64,000 bases of DNA from the human T2T-CHM13v2.0 reference genome, Homo sapiens. The position numbers were made by a program, and so were the translations under genes. Of the stretch, positions 44,898-60,094 are shown one piece after another. The first letter of the stretch is position 1; every line of letters starts with the position of its first letter. The DNA is taken from assembly GCF_009914755.1 (NCBI RefSeq), contig NC_060933.1; one strand, 5' to 3'. The notes beneath the pieces are model-generated. The model was not told where the DNA came from, did no database searches, and worked only from the letters and a program-made list of their open reading frames with translations.

Positions 44898-46277
44898 GAC
44901 AGGGCTCAGGCAGGCAAAGCCACGGTCCAGCCTGTGCCCTGGGAAGTCCCCTCTGCTGCACCACCGAGGGTGGTTCAGAGGCAGCGTGAAAGGCAGGGAG
45001 AGCAGCCAGGGGCCACTGCCATGACTGAACTCAGTGAGAAGTGGATGGAATGAGGCCGAGGAGGACTTGCCACCCCGTCACTGCCAGGAGTGCGACAAAG
45101 GAAGCAGCGTCAGGGACTGTACCCTGCGGTGGTGGGTGGTGCTGAGCCGGGAGGCACTGTGTTGAGGGCTGGGGAGTTGTGGAGGTGTCTAGGGGCAGAT
45201 GGACACAGGGGTAGGGAGCTCAGTGGAAGGTCTGGGCTGGAGAAAGATGGGGGTGGGGGTGCTGCCCTGGGCGTGGCTGAAGTCCCAGATGTGTGGGTGG
45301 GGGAGGGAGGCAGAGCAGGAAAAAAAGGACGGGGCACCCCTGCAGGCGGCAGCCCCTCCTGTCTCCTCGCCCCATCCCAGGCTGGTGGCAGGCCCCTTTC
45401 ACCAGGCACATTTCCGGGTGTTCTAGGCTCCCCCACTTAGAGCCCCATCCCCACAAACAGGCAGCTGCAGCCGTCAGCTGACAAGAGGCTCCTCCAGGAG
45501 TCTCCAGAGCTGCTGACAACATCACCTGTCTCTGGATGCTTGTAGCTCCCGCCCCAGAAAACTGACTGTGGCTAAGGCAGAAAGGGTCATTCCTGTGGAG
45601 CCACGGTGGCCATGGAACCAGCTCGCTGTCCTCCCTGGGTCACAGCAGAGGGTCACCTGGGAGTCTGTGTGAGGAGGGGCCTGGGAGCCAGAAAGCAGAG
45701 ATAAGGCCCTGGGCAGAGCACTGGGCTGGGAGTCCGGCCTCTCCCCTGACCTCAGCAGGACGTGGGGCCTCAGCCTCCCACATGTACAATGAGGGGCAGA
45801 CCAGAGGGCCTTCAGCTCTGGCCTATGAGGGTCCTGGGCTCCTGCCTTATTTGGGGGGCTCCAGGTTAGCAGGGGGAGGGATGGCTGCACAGACCCATGG
45901 AGTCACAGTTGTCTGCATGGGTCCAGGGCACAGCAATGAGTCTGGGATTTGGCTCTCTTGCAAGAAGATGGAGGGGGTGAGTGCAGCTCTGGCTGGGGCA
46001 GCCACCAGGTGCTGAGGGGGAAGCAGGGGTGGGGTGGTTGAGAGCCTGGGCTTTAGCATTGGACAGACCAGGGCTCTGATCTTAGCCCTGCCACTGGCTT
46101 CAAGCTGTGACCTTGGGCAGGTTCCTTCATCTCTCCGACCTTTAGTTTCCTCATCTGTGAGATGGGGATTGTGATGATATCCACTTATGAGTTCATTGAG
46201 CCATGAGTGAAATTATGGTTACAATAAGTGCTCGTCTTCATGCCTGTCACTTAGGGATGCCAAATGGTACCCTTTAC

Positions 46278-46349
46278 ACTTGAGCCTCGAGGCTGCAGTG
46301 AGCTATGATTGCGCCACTGTGCTCCAGCCTAGATGATAGCGAGACCCCA

Positions 46350-46390
<41 letters not shown>

Positions 46391-46700
46391 GTAGACAGAG
46401 TCTTGCTCTGTCACTCAGGCTGGAGTGCAGTGGTGCTATCTCGGCTCCCTCCAACCTCTGCCTCCTGGGTTCAAGCGATTCTCCTGCTTCAGCCTCCTGG
46501 GTAGCTGGGATTACAGGTGCCTAACACCATGCCTGGCTAATTTATATATATATTTTTTAGTAGAGACGGGGTTTCCCCATGTCGAACCTGGGAGGCAGAG
46601 GTCGCAGGGAGCCGAGATTGCGCCACTGCACTCCAGCCTGGGCGACAGAGCGAGACTCTGTCTCAAAACAAACAAACAAAAAAAACAAAAACAAACAAAC
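46278..46700. mobile_element. Composite of three Alu fragments: + (46278-46352), (TC)n, - (46386-46582), + (46583-46700)
   Basis: Right-arm Alu sequence appears three times in alternating orientation. Confidence 0.88.
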
Positions 46701-48378
46701 CAGAGTCAGGAGACAAAGCAGCGCTGTTTGGGGCTAAGGAGGGCAGGGAATTGAAAGCGGTCTGGGAGGAGAGGAATCAGAGGCATTCTTGGAGTGGGAG
46801 GCTGGAGCTGGGCTCTGCGGCTGGGCTGGGTGCAGCTGGGGAAGGTAGGCTGTTGTGGTGTTCTGCTCCGGGTAGGTGAGGTATGGCAAAGCTGCACCCC
46901 TGGGGGCCAGGGCTCTGCAGGAACAGTGACCTTGTGTAGGGCGGGCCCAAGGAAAGGCTTTCTGGGATTCTGGGATGCTGGGATTCTGAGCTTCGGCGGC
47001 TGCCAGGCCCCAGTGAGAAAGGGTGGTGTCTGAGGTTGGGTCCAAGACAGTCTTCCTACTCGCAGTAATTTTCCAACTTGTGTTTATATCTGCCTGGAAC
47101 TTCCCTAATCCCTGAGGCCAGGAGGGAAATTTGATGTCATGATTTGGATGGATGAAGGGTATTTCTGGAGACAGATGGAAAGAACAAAGAGGTAGAGGCT
47201 TTTCCATGGTATCAGACTCAAAGGGTTAAAAAAAAAAAGGCCAGGGACTTCCCTGCTGCAGGGGCCTGGGACAAGGACCTGAGGATGGTGCCCAGAGGCT
47301 GCCGAGGGAAGGACCTGGACCCACTTGGCTCGGACTGGCTCCTGGCCTGCTGAAGGAGAGACAGGATCTTGAGTTTCTGTTTTGGGAAATAACTTCTTTT
47401 TTTCTTCTCCTGATTATAAAAGTCAAATGATGCTTAGGAAAATGATTTGGAAGAAACACTGCAAGCTATTAACAGTGGTTACCTTAGGGAAGGGCGTGGG
47501 ATTTGGGGTGTGTGGAGCAAGAATTAGGGGAATCTCTGCCCTTTGTGTATTATTAGAATGTCTTATAACTCCTGGTTTCCAGGACAGCCCTTGTTTAGCC
47601 AGTCGTCCTGGGGTCACTATTAATGCAACCCCTATTCACTCTTGAGTGGCCCAGTTCAGACCCTAATGTATAAGGTCACGTTATTTATAACAAGCAAGTT
47701 TTAATTCTGTCTGCTCTTTCCAAAAAAGTTCAGCCAACAGGGCAAGCTCTAGAGAAGAGGGTGAAGAAGACCTATAATCCCCCCTGACGCTGGCTGTTTG
47801 CGGGGGCGGCAATAGAAGGGGCTGTGGAAATGGCAGCTGAGTCCCGCCAGGCCCCCCAGGCCATGCTCCCCTCCACAGAAGTGGGCCTGGCTTAGGCCAG
47901 GGGCTTAAGCATCAGAGGGGAGCTCAGGACACCTCCAAGAGAAAGCCTCTCTGGCCCAGGAGGAGGCGAGGGGTAGGGGAGGGTAGGCAGGGGTAGAAGT
48001 GAAGGCTCACCCTCAGCTCCTATGTCAGCGGGTCACAATCAGACTGAGAAACACTCCTTAGAGCCCCTTGGAGGGGCTTCCTGGGAGGTGTCACAGCCAG
48101 GAGTGGGCATGCTGCTCCCTCCCCTGCACCTCTGGGGTAAAGCCAGGCCCCTGAGACCCCACGCACCATCCCACGAGTCACTCCCTCTGCCTCATCCCAA
48201 GAGCTCTCCAGGGGTGGATGCCACTCAGCACAGGTTGACCCTGGAGCCCTGGACAGGAGTCGAGCCCTAGGTTCACAAGGGCAATAGTACAGGGGGAGGA
48301 GAGGGAGGCAGTTCCTTGGGGACCTGCCGCTGAGCAGGTCCAGCCTCCGGGCATGGTTGACTGGTCACCTCCCTGCAG

Positions 48379-48579
48379 ATGCGCCCCAGCTGACGGAGCT
48401 GCCCCGGGATGTCACTGTGGAACTGGGGAGGAGTGCCCTCTTGGCATGCCGGGCAACAGGCCGCCCGCCCCCGACGGTCACCTGGCGCCGCGGAGATGGC
48501 CAGCCTCTGGGACTCAGGCTGGGGGCCGGGCGAGGCAGTAGGTCTCGGCAGCCGGATTCGGGAGTGCTGTTCTTTGAAA
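48379..48579 (+). CDS. HMCN2: HMCN2 exon 16 (Ig5 N-part): [44 protein letters not shown]...DSGVLFFE
   Basis: ctccctgcag|AT...GAA A|gtaaga; 201 nt, phase 1-1. Confidence 0.95.
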
Positions 48580-49239
48580 GTAAGAGATTGGGGCTGGTGG
48601 GGGGTGGGCAGGGAGACAGGATGGCCTCTGACACCCTAAACCCCAGGCCAGGTGGCCGAGAGCAGGACCCTGACCGCCAGCACTGACCATAGAGCAGAGG
48701 CTGATACGCGGTCACACTTTGGCTGGGTGGCTCTGGCCAAGTCATTCCACTACTCTGACCCTGTTCATAATCACGACCATGAAATCTACTACCCACCTGG
48801 CTGATTAGCAGCCACTTTATGGGGCTGTTGTGTGGATAATCTGTACAAAGTGCTTAGCACAGTTCTTGCCACATGCTGTCACACACATATAAGCTACTAT
48901 GATTACCATAATTACTACTGCGCCTACCCTACCACCCACTCTTTACTACACGCCAGGCCCAAGGGCGGGCACTTTGTCAACCCTGCCCCATCACACTACT
49001 ACAAGGTACAGGCCAATTACCCCCATTCCACAGATGAGCAAACTGAGGCTTTCTCACCTTCCAAGGTCCAGCGGTGTCCCTCACCCCTTCCCTCTCTACC
49101 ATCCCAGCCTTCCCTCCTGAACCTCTGTAAGGCCAGGCCATGCCAAGGGGCTGTCTCTGCACCTGGGGAGCTGGAGCCCATGGGGGCTGCAGCTGTGGTG
49201 TGCCTTGGCAGTCACACCTGCCTCTCTCGTGCCCCTCAG

Positions 49240-49335
49240 GTGTGGCCCCAGAAGACCAGGCCCCATATGTCTGTGAAGCTCGAAACGTCTTTGGGAAGGT
49301 CCAGGCTGAGGCCCGGCTCATCGTCACTGGTCACG
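49240..49335 (+). CDS. HMCN2: HMCN2 exon 17 (Ig5 C-part): [31 protein letters not shown]
   Basis: gcccctcag|GT...CAC G|gttcgc; 96 nt, phase 1-1. Confidence 0.93.
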
Positions 49336-49659
49336 GTTCGCTGGTGGATCTGAGGGCCGTGGGAGGTGGGAGGTGGGAGGCAGGTGCTCCCCGGGGGCAC
49401 AGCAAGGCCGTGGGCGCCTCCAGGGAGCCTCTCCTGGCCCATCTGTTGGAACAAACGAATCCACAGCCAAATTCTCCAAGAGCAGCACCTGTGCCCCTGC
49501 GTCCTGGACAATGTCCTGGGGGTCCTGTGACCCTTTAGGATCCCCAATTCTGATGCATCTCTCAGTTCCCTGGGGAGGGAGAGGGGAGCAGGAGCCTCTG
49601 TCCCCCAGACAACCACCCAGGGCACCTATTGTGGCTGACACCGGCTCCTCTCCCCACAG

Positions 49660-49787
49660 CCCCGCCACAGATCGCCAGCAGCGCCCCCACCGTCCGGGTC
49701 CTGGAGGGGCAGCCCGTGTCCCTGCCCTGCATCGTCCTAGCTGGGCGGCCCCTCCCGGAAAGGCACTGGCTCAAGGACGGCCGGCCC
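49660..49787 (+). CDS. HMCN2: HMCN2 exon 18 (Ig6 N-half): [42 protein letters not shown]
   Basis: ctctccccacag|CC...CCC|gtgagt; 128 nt, phase 1-0. Confidence 0.95.
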
Positions 49788-50671
49788 GTGAGTGTCGGGC
49801 TCCTCTGGGTGCGGTGGGCGGTGGCACCTGGGGAAGAAGGAGGCTGTCACAGCCACGTCTCTATCTCTGCTTGGCTGTTTCCCCGCCTGGGAGTGTCCTC
49901 TTCCTTCCACCCTCTTTTTGGCCCCATTTCAGAACCTTCTCTGATAATGCACTGATGGTGTTTGTTGCCCTCTAAAGTCCCGCCGGCTGTCAGATGGGTC
50001 ATGGCTGCTGGACCCCTGGGAGCTCTGCAGGGCAATCGTGTGCCTCAGGAGTGCTGTGGGCCAGGGAGCAGGGATTTAGTGGAGGCCCAGTCTCAATGCA
50101 GTGGTCTCCCCGGTTCTTATGATTCCAGAGCAGGGATGTGAGCTGTGCGGTTTCCTATCTGCCCCAGACACCGGCGCGCGCTGAACGCACAGTTGGTTGC
50201 CTTATCAACCAGTTCACGTCCATTTGATTTTCTTGGTGTTCTTCTGTTTGCCCTCTCCTATTGACTCTTTCATTACCTCTTCCCTTTCCTCAATTCTTCT
50301 GCCTGGTCTCAGACACACCAGGTCCCTGTGTCCTGCAGGCTGCAAAGAGGTGCCTTCCCAACTCTGCATTCCCAGGAGAGACTCTCGTGGGCCCAGCTTG
50401 GGTCAGGCTCACCCTGGTCCAGTTGGCCGAGGGAGAGGTGGGGTCAGGGTATGTAGGGGTCAGGCCCACCCAGCCCTGCAGGGTCTCTGGAGGGCTTGAC
50501 TGGGCACTCGGGAAGGACTCACAGAGCTCCTCAGCCTTCTCTGAGCCCCCGGGCTCTCAGTCCTGGCTGCTCCCTACTGGCCTGATGAGCAGCATAGTTT
50601 CCCGAGGGTTCTTTCTCAGCTGCCTCTGAGTGAGGCCCAAGGCTGAGCTGGTGCTTCCTCACCCCCACCAG

Positions 50672-50816
50672 CTCCCACCTGGCAGCCGGCATTCCATCCG
50701 AGCAGACGGCAGCCTCCACCTTGACCGAGCATTGCAGGAGCACGCGGGGAGGTACAGCTGTGTGGCCACCAACACGGCCGGCTCTCAGCACCGGGACGTG
50801 GAGCTGGTGGTCCAGG
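50672..50816 (+). CDS. HMCN2: HMCN2 exon 19 (Ig6 C-half): [48 protein letters not shown]
   Basis: cccccaccag|CTC...CAG G|gtgagt; 145 nt, phase 0-1. Confidence 0.95.
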
Positions 50817-51039
50817 GTGAGTCCTGGGGTCTCGGAGGTGGTGGTCGTGGGGCAGGGAACATGATGGGGTGGGGGAATGTGCAGAGGTAACTTGATCTTG
50901 AATGCATTTGCTTTAAAAAATCGTGCAAATCATATATATTCTCTGTGGGAAAATTAGGGATTTGACAAGTTAAAAAAATACTCTCATAATACCAGTAGCT
51001 AAGAATAACCAGATTTTGCATTTTGGCATGTATCTTTTC

Positions 51040-51290
51040 ATACTCTATACACACACACTCTCTATATGTATATCACACACACCTATGTGTAGTATATATA
51101 TACACTATGTATACATAGAATATATATTCTTTATACATTTTACATACAGATTCTTTGTATGTTCTTATAAATTATATAAAAATTATCTATCATCTATCTA
51201 TCTAATCTATCTATCTATCTATCCATCTATCTATCTATCTATCCATCTGTCTATCTATCTATCTATCCATCTAATCTATCTACCTGTTTA
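51040..51290. repeat. TA/CA-rich and (CTAT)n simple repeats
   Basis: Seen directly. Confidence 0.85.
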
Positions 51291-52514
51291 CAAACCTATT
51301 TAAAAACCAAATAGGATCACATGCTGTCATTGTCTTGGCACCTAAGTGTTTCCATGACAAGGTGTTATGGCTGTTCTGTTTTCTGTCAATTAAGATTCAG
51401 AGGCATCAGTTTAATAAGGGGATGATCATGTCCCCTGATTATCTAATTACCTGATTATCTGTACTCCCCCCGCCCAACCGCATCCCCCACACCCCGGGTA
51501 TGAACAGCCTCGTACCTGCACATTGTAGGTGACCACGTACCTACGTGACCAATTCTTTCCTTAGGATAAACCCATTAATGTGGATTAAGTTTTGCATCAC
51601 AGAGATTGTACGTTTTTGGAATTTTTAGTGTCTTGCCCAACTGCTCTCCTGCCCACAGCACTGGGTTCTTTTATTCACCCAACTGGAACCACTGTGCTTT
51701 TTAATGTAAGATGAGACATTTCAAACTAAATTTGGTTGTATTTTGTGATTTACCAAGTATGTTAATATCGTCTTTTTTCTTGTTTGTTTCATAAAGCCCC
51801 CAAGGGATTAGTGGGAAGAACGCGCGTTCCCCATTTTATAGGGGAGTGCAAAGTTCAGAAGGGCTGGGTTGAGCGCTCAGGTGCAATTCTAGGTGCCATC
51901 CCCTCATAATTCCAGATCCAAATCGCCATCCAGGGTGGAGTGTGTACCACATGCCAGGCATCTGCTAGTTTCTATATATGATTCCACTCAGTTTCACCCC
52001 CTAACTTCCCACTGTGCCCTCACAGCCGCTTCTGTGGGGCTAACATGAACAGGCTCAGTCTCTCTTGGCTCAGTTCATTTCTATTCAGCAAATATTTATG
52101 GGCCTCTGCTGGCTGTGGCGACCTGGGAGTCCAGAAGTCCATTTTCCTCCCTAAAGGAGCTCCAAGTGCTAGCGTCAGAGCCCCTGGCTTCTGGATTCCT
52201 CTCCTGGCTTCTCCTTGCCTAGTTACCCCTCTCTCGCTCCCCTTAGAGACCCCGTGTTCAAGCCTGCGAATCTGAGTGGTGCCCAGGGTGGGTGTGACAC
52301 CTGTTTTTAAGCTCACTGTGTTCTGCAAACACTGCTCATCTATCCATTCCAGAAGGGACGACCAGGGAACTGGGGTTAAATTAGCTTTTGTGCTGATCAG
52401 GGAATATGGGTACCAAAAGATTAAGTGGCTTATCCAGAGCCCCAGAGCAATGAATCAGCGCAGCTGGTTCCCAAGCACATGCTGCCTTCTGTATGGGGAA
52501 GACAAAAAAACTGA

Positions 52515-54445
<1,931 letters not shown>

Positions 54446-54476
54446 CTTGGCTTTGACATTGGTTTATTTATAACAG

Positions 54477-54589
54477 TGCCACCTAGAATCCATCCCACTG
54501 CCACCCACCATATCACCAATGAAGGGGTTCCGGCCTCTCTTCCCTGCGTCGCTTCAGGAGTTCCCGCCCCCACCATCACGTGGACCAAG
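54477..54589 (+). CDS. HMCN2: HMCN2 exon 20 (Ig7 N-half): [37 protein letters not shown]
   Basis: ttatttataacag|TG...AAG|gtaagc; 113 nt, phase 1-0. Confidence 0.95.
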
Positions 54590-54692
54590 GTAAGCAGTGC
54601 CTGTTACCGAGAGGATAACTGGAGAGGTAGGCCCAGTGTGTCATGGGGCGGAGGTGTGGGCTTCGCCGATGTCACCTGTGCCTCTGCCCTAG

Positions 54693-54852
54693 GAAACCAA
54701 TGCCCTGACCTCCAGAGGTCCCCACTACAATGTGAGTAAGGAGGGCACCCTGCTCATCGCCCAGCCGTCTGCCCAGGACGCAGGGGCCTACGTCTGCACG
54801 GCCACCAACACCGTGGGCTTTTCTAGCCAGGAGATGCGACTTTCTGTCAACA
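54693..54852 (+). CDS. HMCN2: HMCN2 exon 21 (Ig7 C-half): [53 protein letters not shown]
   Basis: ctctgccctag|GAA...AAC A|gtgagt; 160 nt, phase 0-1. Confidence 0.95.
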
Positions 54853-56191
54853 GTGAGTGATGCCAACCCTGTCCTGGGAGAGGGGGCTCAGTGGCTGTGG
54901 AGACAGAGAGTCCCACGTCAGCCCTGTGGAGCCTGAGGCAGGGAAGCTGTTGCATCAGCAAGTCCTGCAAAGACACGTGGCTCTGCACAGGACCCGCGTC
55001 CCCAGCAGCCCTCTCCCCGCCTCTCTCTGCCCCAGACCCTCTGGTCTCCTTTCTGTTTCTGGAATGGTCCAACCTGCCTCAGGGCTTGTGCACATGTAGT
55101 TCCTTCTGCTTGGAATGCTGTTCCCCCACCTCTGGGCCCAGCTGACTGCTCCCATCTGTCAGATCTCAGCTCTCCCTGTTCCCCCAGGCTGGTCAAGTCA
55201 CCTTGCTGTAAACTGTGGAATATCCCCTTCCTGGCACCCATCACAGCTATGATTCAATAATTAATCACACAGTGAGCTTTTTGGTACCACTATTGCCAAA
55301 GGACCCTAAAGGCTGTGAAGATGGGGCGGGACCTGTCTCCTTCGCTGCCGTCCGCAGCATTCCCCATAGGGCTGGCGCTCAGTAAATACGTCTGGGAGGA
55401 GTGAGCAAATGTATAAGCCAGGCTTTTTCTCTCATAGACCCTTACAGTCAATATTTTTATATTGTAAAAAAAAAAAAATTCCTAATGGGGGAGCATTTCC
55501 TTTGAACTACAAATGTACGGGGAACACGGGAGGGCTAGATGGGTTTTGATGTCCCCAACTGGCTAGCTTCTTTCATTGTTGCTGCTCAGACAGGTAGCGA
55601 GTGCCTTCCTTGTATGAACTCCAAGGTAGAAAGGCGGAGGCGGGGAGCGGGGAGGAAGGAAGGGTACCATGCTGTTTCTGCCGACGAAGGGTCTTCAGCT
55701 TAAGGTGAGAGAGACGTGACATGCACAGATTGCCATCAATCCCTCACCAGGCTTCGAGAGGTCCAGAGGGAGGGTCTGTGCATTCTTTGGTGGCTGATAT
55801 CATGGGAATAAGTGAATGAGCAAGGGGAGAAGGTAGAGAGAGAGGAGGAGTTCAGAGCCTTTCAGAATGTCCCTGGGGAAGGGACAGCAGGATGAAGAGA
55901 AGCCAGAGAAGGCACAGACCGTAGGGCAGGAGGGACCGGGTCAGGGTCCTCAGAGCAAGGTGGTGGTGGGGAGGTGGGTAGGGGAGGACTGAGTGAAAAC
56001 CCTGGGACCTGAGTCCCACCTCCAATCTGGACTCCCCCCCTTCTGACAGCCATATCCACCTTCTGGACCTCCTGAAGGTCGAGGGTGCAGTACCGGCTCT
56101 GCCTCCTGGGGGAGCTGCCCCATGGCCCAGGGCGCTCATGGACCCTAGTCCCCTCTGCCCTGCTGACAGGCCCTGCTTACTCTCCCCGCAG

Positions 56192-56357
56192 CCAAACCCA
56201 GGATCCATATGAACGGGTCACGTAATGCAGATGTGCCTCTGCAAGTCACAGCGAAGGCTGGCGAAGAGGTGACCCTGGACTGCGAGGCCAAGGGCTCCCC
56301 ACCCCCACTGGTCACCTGGACGAAGGACTCCCGCCCTGTACCGCCCATCACCAACAG
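56192..56357 (+). CDS. HMCN2: HMCN2 exon 22 (Ig8 N-half): [54 protein letters not shown](R)
   Basis: tctccccgcag|CC...AAC AG|gtaacc; 166 nt, phase 1-2; I found no next exon before 64000. Confidence 0.95.
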
Positions 56358-57854
56358 GTAACCCCAGTCCCATGGCCTCAAGGGACAGAGCTTAGGGCTG
56401 GAGGGAAACCTGCCTCAGGTGACCAGTGACCCAGCGGGTGTCTTGGACCCTGCAGTCTCTCCCATAGGGTGCTGCTCCTGGGCTTCTGCACACAAGGCTG
56501 TTGTCCACAGGGCCCCAGAAGCCTGGAAGGGGCCTCTAGAGGGTGCCTGGAAGCCCAGGGTGAGACTCCCCATCTGAAATAACATGCACGGGGCATTGCC
56601 TGCAGGATCCCATTTAATCTGCACGGCCACCCTTGATATCTAACAGGACACTGACACTCAGCCAGGGAGTGAGCTGCTCGCCATCACCCAGCTAGGAAAG
56701 AGCAAAGCCAGGGCTGGGACCACGTCCCCGCCACGACACACACCACCCCCATGCCTGCTCTGCAGACCAGGTGTCTGGCGGCTGGGCTGTCTGACTCAGC
56801 TGCTCCCGGTCCGGGATCCTGGGAGTGGGCGGACAGGGAGGAGGCTGGCTTGGGTGTCCTTCAAAGCCACGCCGTACCCCCCAGGAGGGGATGTGGGGGA
56901 TGCTAGGGCCCTTGCCCCTGGCTGGGGGGTTCTGTGGCTCAGTCTGGTGACATCAGCCCTGGCAGGGTCTTTGAGATGTTCCAGACTCAGAAGGTCTCGG
57001 AGCAGCCTGCCCTGTAACGTGACCCCCGCCCCCACCATGTGTCAGTGCATTTCAGAACATCTGTTTGGTGAGTCCTGCCAATCCTTGCAGCCGGGCACCC
57101 CTAGAGGTGGCGGGGACCCAGGGAGCCGGCCCTGGGCATCATCGGTGGGGTCCCCCATGCCCTCTTGGCATTGCTGCAGCTCTATGTTGTAGGGTGGGGG
57201 TGTGGCGGGGGGCCGTGGGAGCCCACAGCTCCCCTAGAAAGCCCGGTCCTAGCTCCGCGGCTGGGTGGTGGCCCTCAGCTGGAGGATGTGTGTTGATCTA
57301 TGGCTTGTTACTGAAACGGGAACCGCATTCCCATTAGTTCACCCCTCCTCGCCGTGGTGCGTTAATAGGTCAGCTGGGAGCTGTAAATTTGCGAAAGCCA
57401 CTTTTGCAATCCTAGAGTTGTGTTGTGTTCCCTCTCCCTTGCCCTCTTCACTTCGTGCTGGCTTACATTGTTTTATCTCCAGATTTGGGAGATTCTGAGA
57501 GTTTATCTAAATAAGGAGGGAAAATGTGCTGGGAGGCGGGGGTGGGGTTAAGTGCTCAGGCCCTGGAGTTCCGCAGACCCGGTGCCGAACTGCCTGCTCC
57601 CTTCTTAGTCATGCAACCTCGGGTGGCCACTGGCTCCTCTTGGCCTGTTCCTCCATCTGCAAAGTGGACATTATTTAAATAGCACCCTTTTGGGGTAATG
57701 ACGGATGTGCAGTGCTTAGGAAGTCAGATGTGCTGAAAACTCGCTCCTTTTCGTATGATTTCCCTGCTGTTGCTGTTCACAAACTGAGACATCCTCTCCA
57801 GCTTTTACACATTTATCCTCCTCCTACCACACCTGTTATCTCAATTGTCACCTG

Positions 57855-58624
<770 letters not shown>

Positions 58625-59728
58625 TAGCCTCACTTTTGATTGTACTTGAAGCTTTGTTCGCAGGCTCTGGGTCCTCTGGTTCCCTCCCTGCCCCACACTG
58701 GCAGTGTCCACACACAGAACCACACTCAGCCTCTCACAGACACACCACACCCCCTCCGTCCCTCAGTGACTCGACCAGAACACAGAGACTTAAAAAGCCC
58801 CTTGGAAAACACACAGTGAGACTTTCTGTCTGTCTGCTTCCTCCTCCCCTCCCCCCCTTCCCTACATCCTCTTCCTCTTCCTCTCCTGTCTCCCTCTTCC
58901 CTTTCCCTCCTCCTCCCCTTCCCCTCCCTTCCCCTCTCCCTTGTCTTCCTTGTCCTTCCTTCTCCAAGGACGTCCCCAGGCTCAGCCTCAAAGCTGCCCT
59001 TCTGAAAACGGAGCACTTACCTGGCTGATGCGTCTGGTGAGTCGTAGGTGCTCATCTCTTGACAGGGGCCAGCAGCCCTCCACGCCCCTCTCCCCCCTCC
59101 CCTGCTCCCTTGCTCCTCTTCCCTGCTGAGCTGCCCCAAGGACAGGGCTCCACAGCAGCCCCTTCTCCTGTCTGTGGGGAATTCTGCGGTGTAGTCAGGG
59201 CTGAGAGCCAAGATGTGCTGAGCCTCTGCGGCCCCCTCCATTCCCCTTGTCCAGGGGTGGCCCTCTCCTGCCAGCGCCCTGTAGGTGGTTGGGGTGGATG
59301 GCACCATGCCCAGTGCACTGAGGAGGAAACAGAAACACATGGGGTGTGGGGACGTGGAACCTGACCCTGCAGCTCTTGGGGCTGGGTCCCAACATGCACA
59401 GACACGCAGACACACATAGACGCACGCACAGGGACACACGTATCAGGTGGGCCACTGCTCTCTGAACTCCTAGGTATCTTCGACCCCCCCAAGTCAGCAA
59501 GTGCTCACAGAGGAAGCATCCTAGGAACCTCAGAAGCCGTGAAGTTCTGAGCCGCCCAGCTGCATCCCAGTCCCTTTGGAGCGGCTCTTATCCTTGTAGG
59601 GGCTGTTCTAAAATTAAACCTCGTGCATCTTATATTCCGTCCTCATCATGGATTCCTTTTCTCTTTTACCCATTTTCTCGATTCATTCTGGCCCACGTCA
59701 CTTGCTTTTCCTTTTGAAGGGCAAAATA

Positions 59729-60094
<366 letters not shown>

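Noticed and set aside
51818-51829. Perfect 12-bp CpG palindrome GAACGCGCGTTC
   Set aside because: Short palindromes occur by chance, and there is no supporting context.
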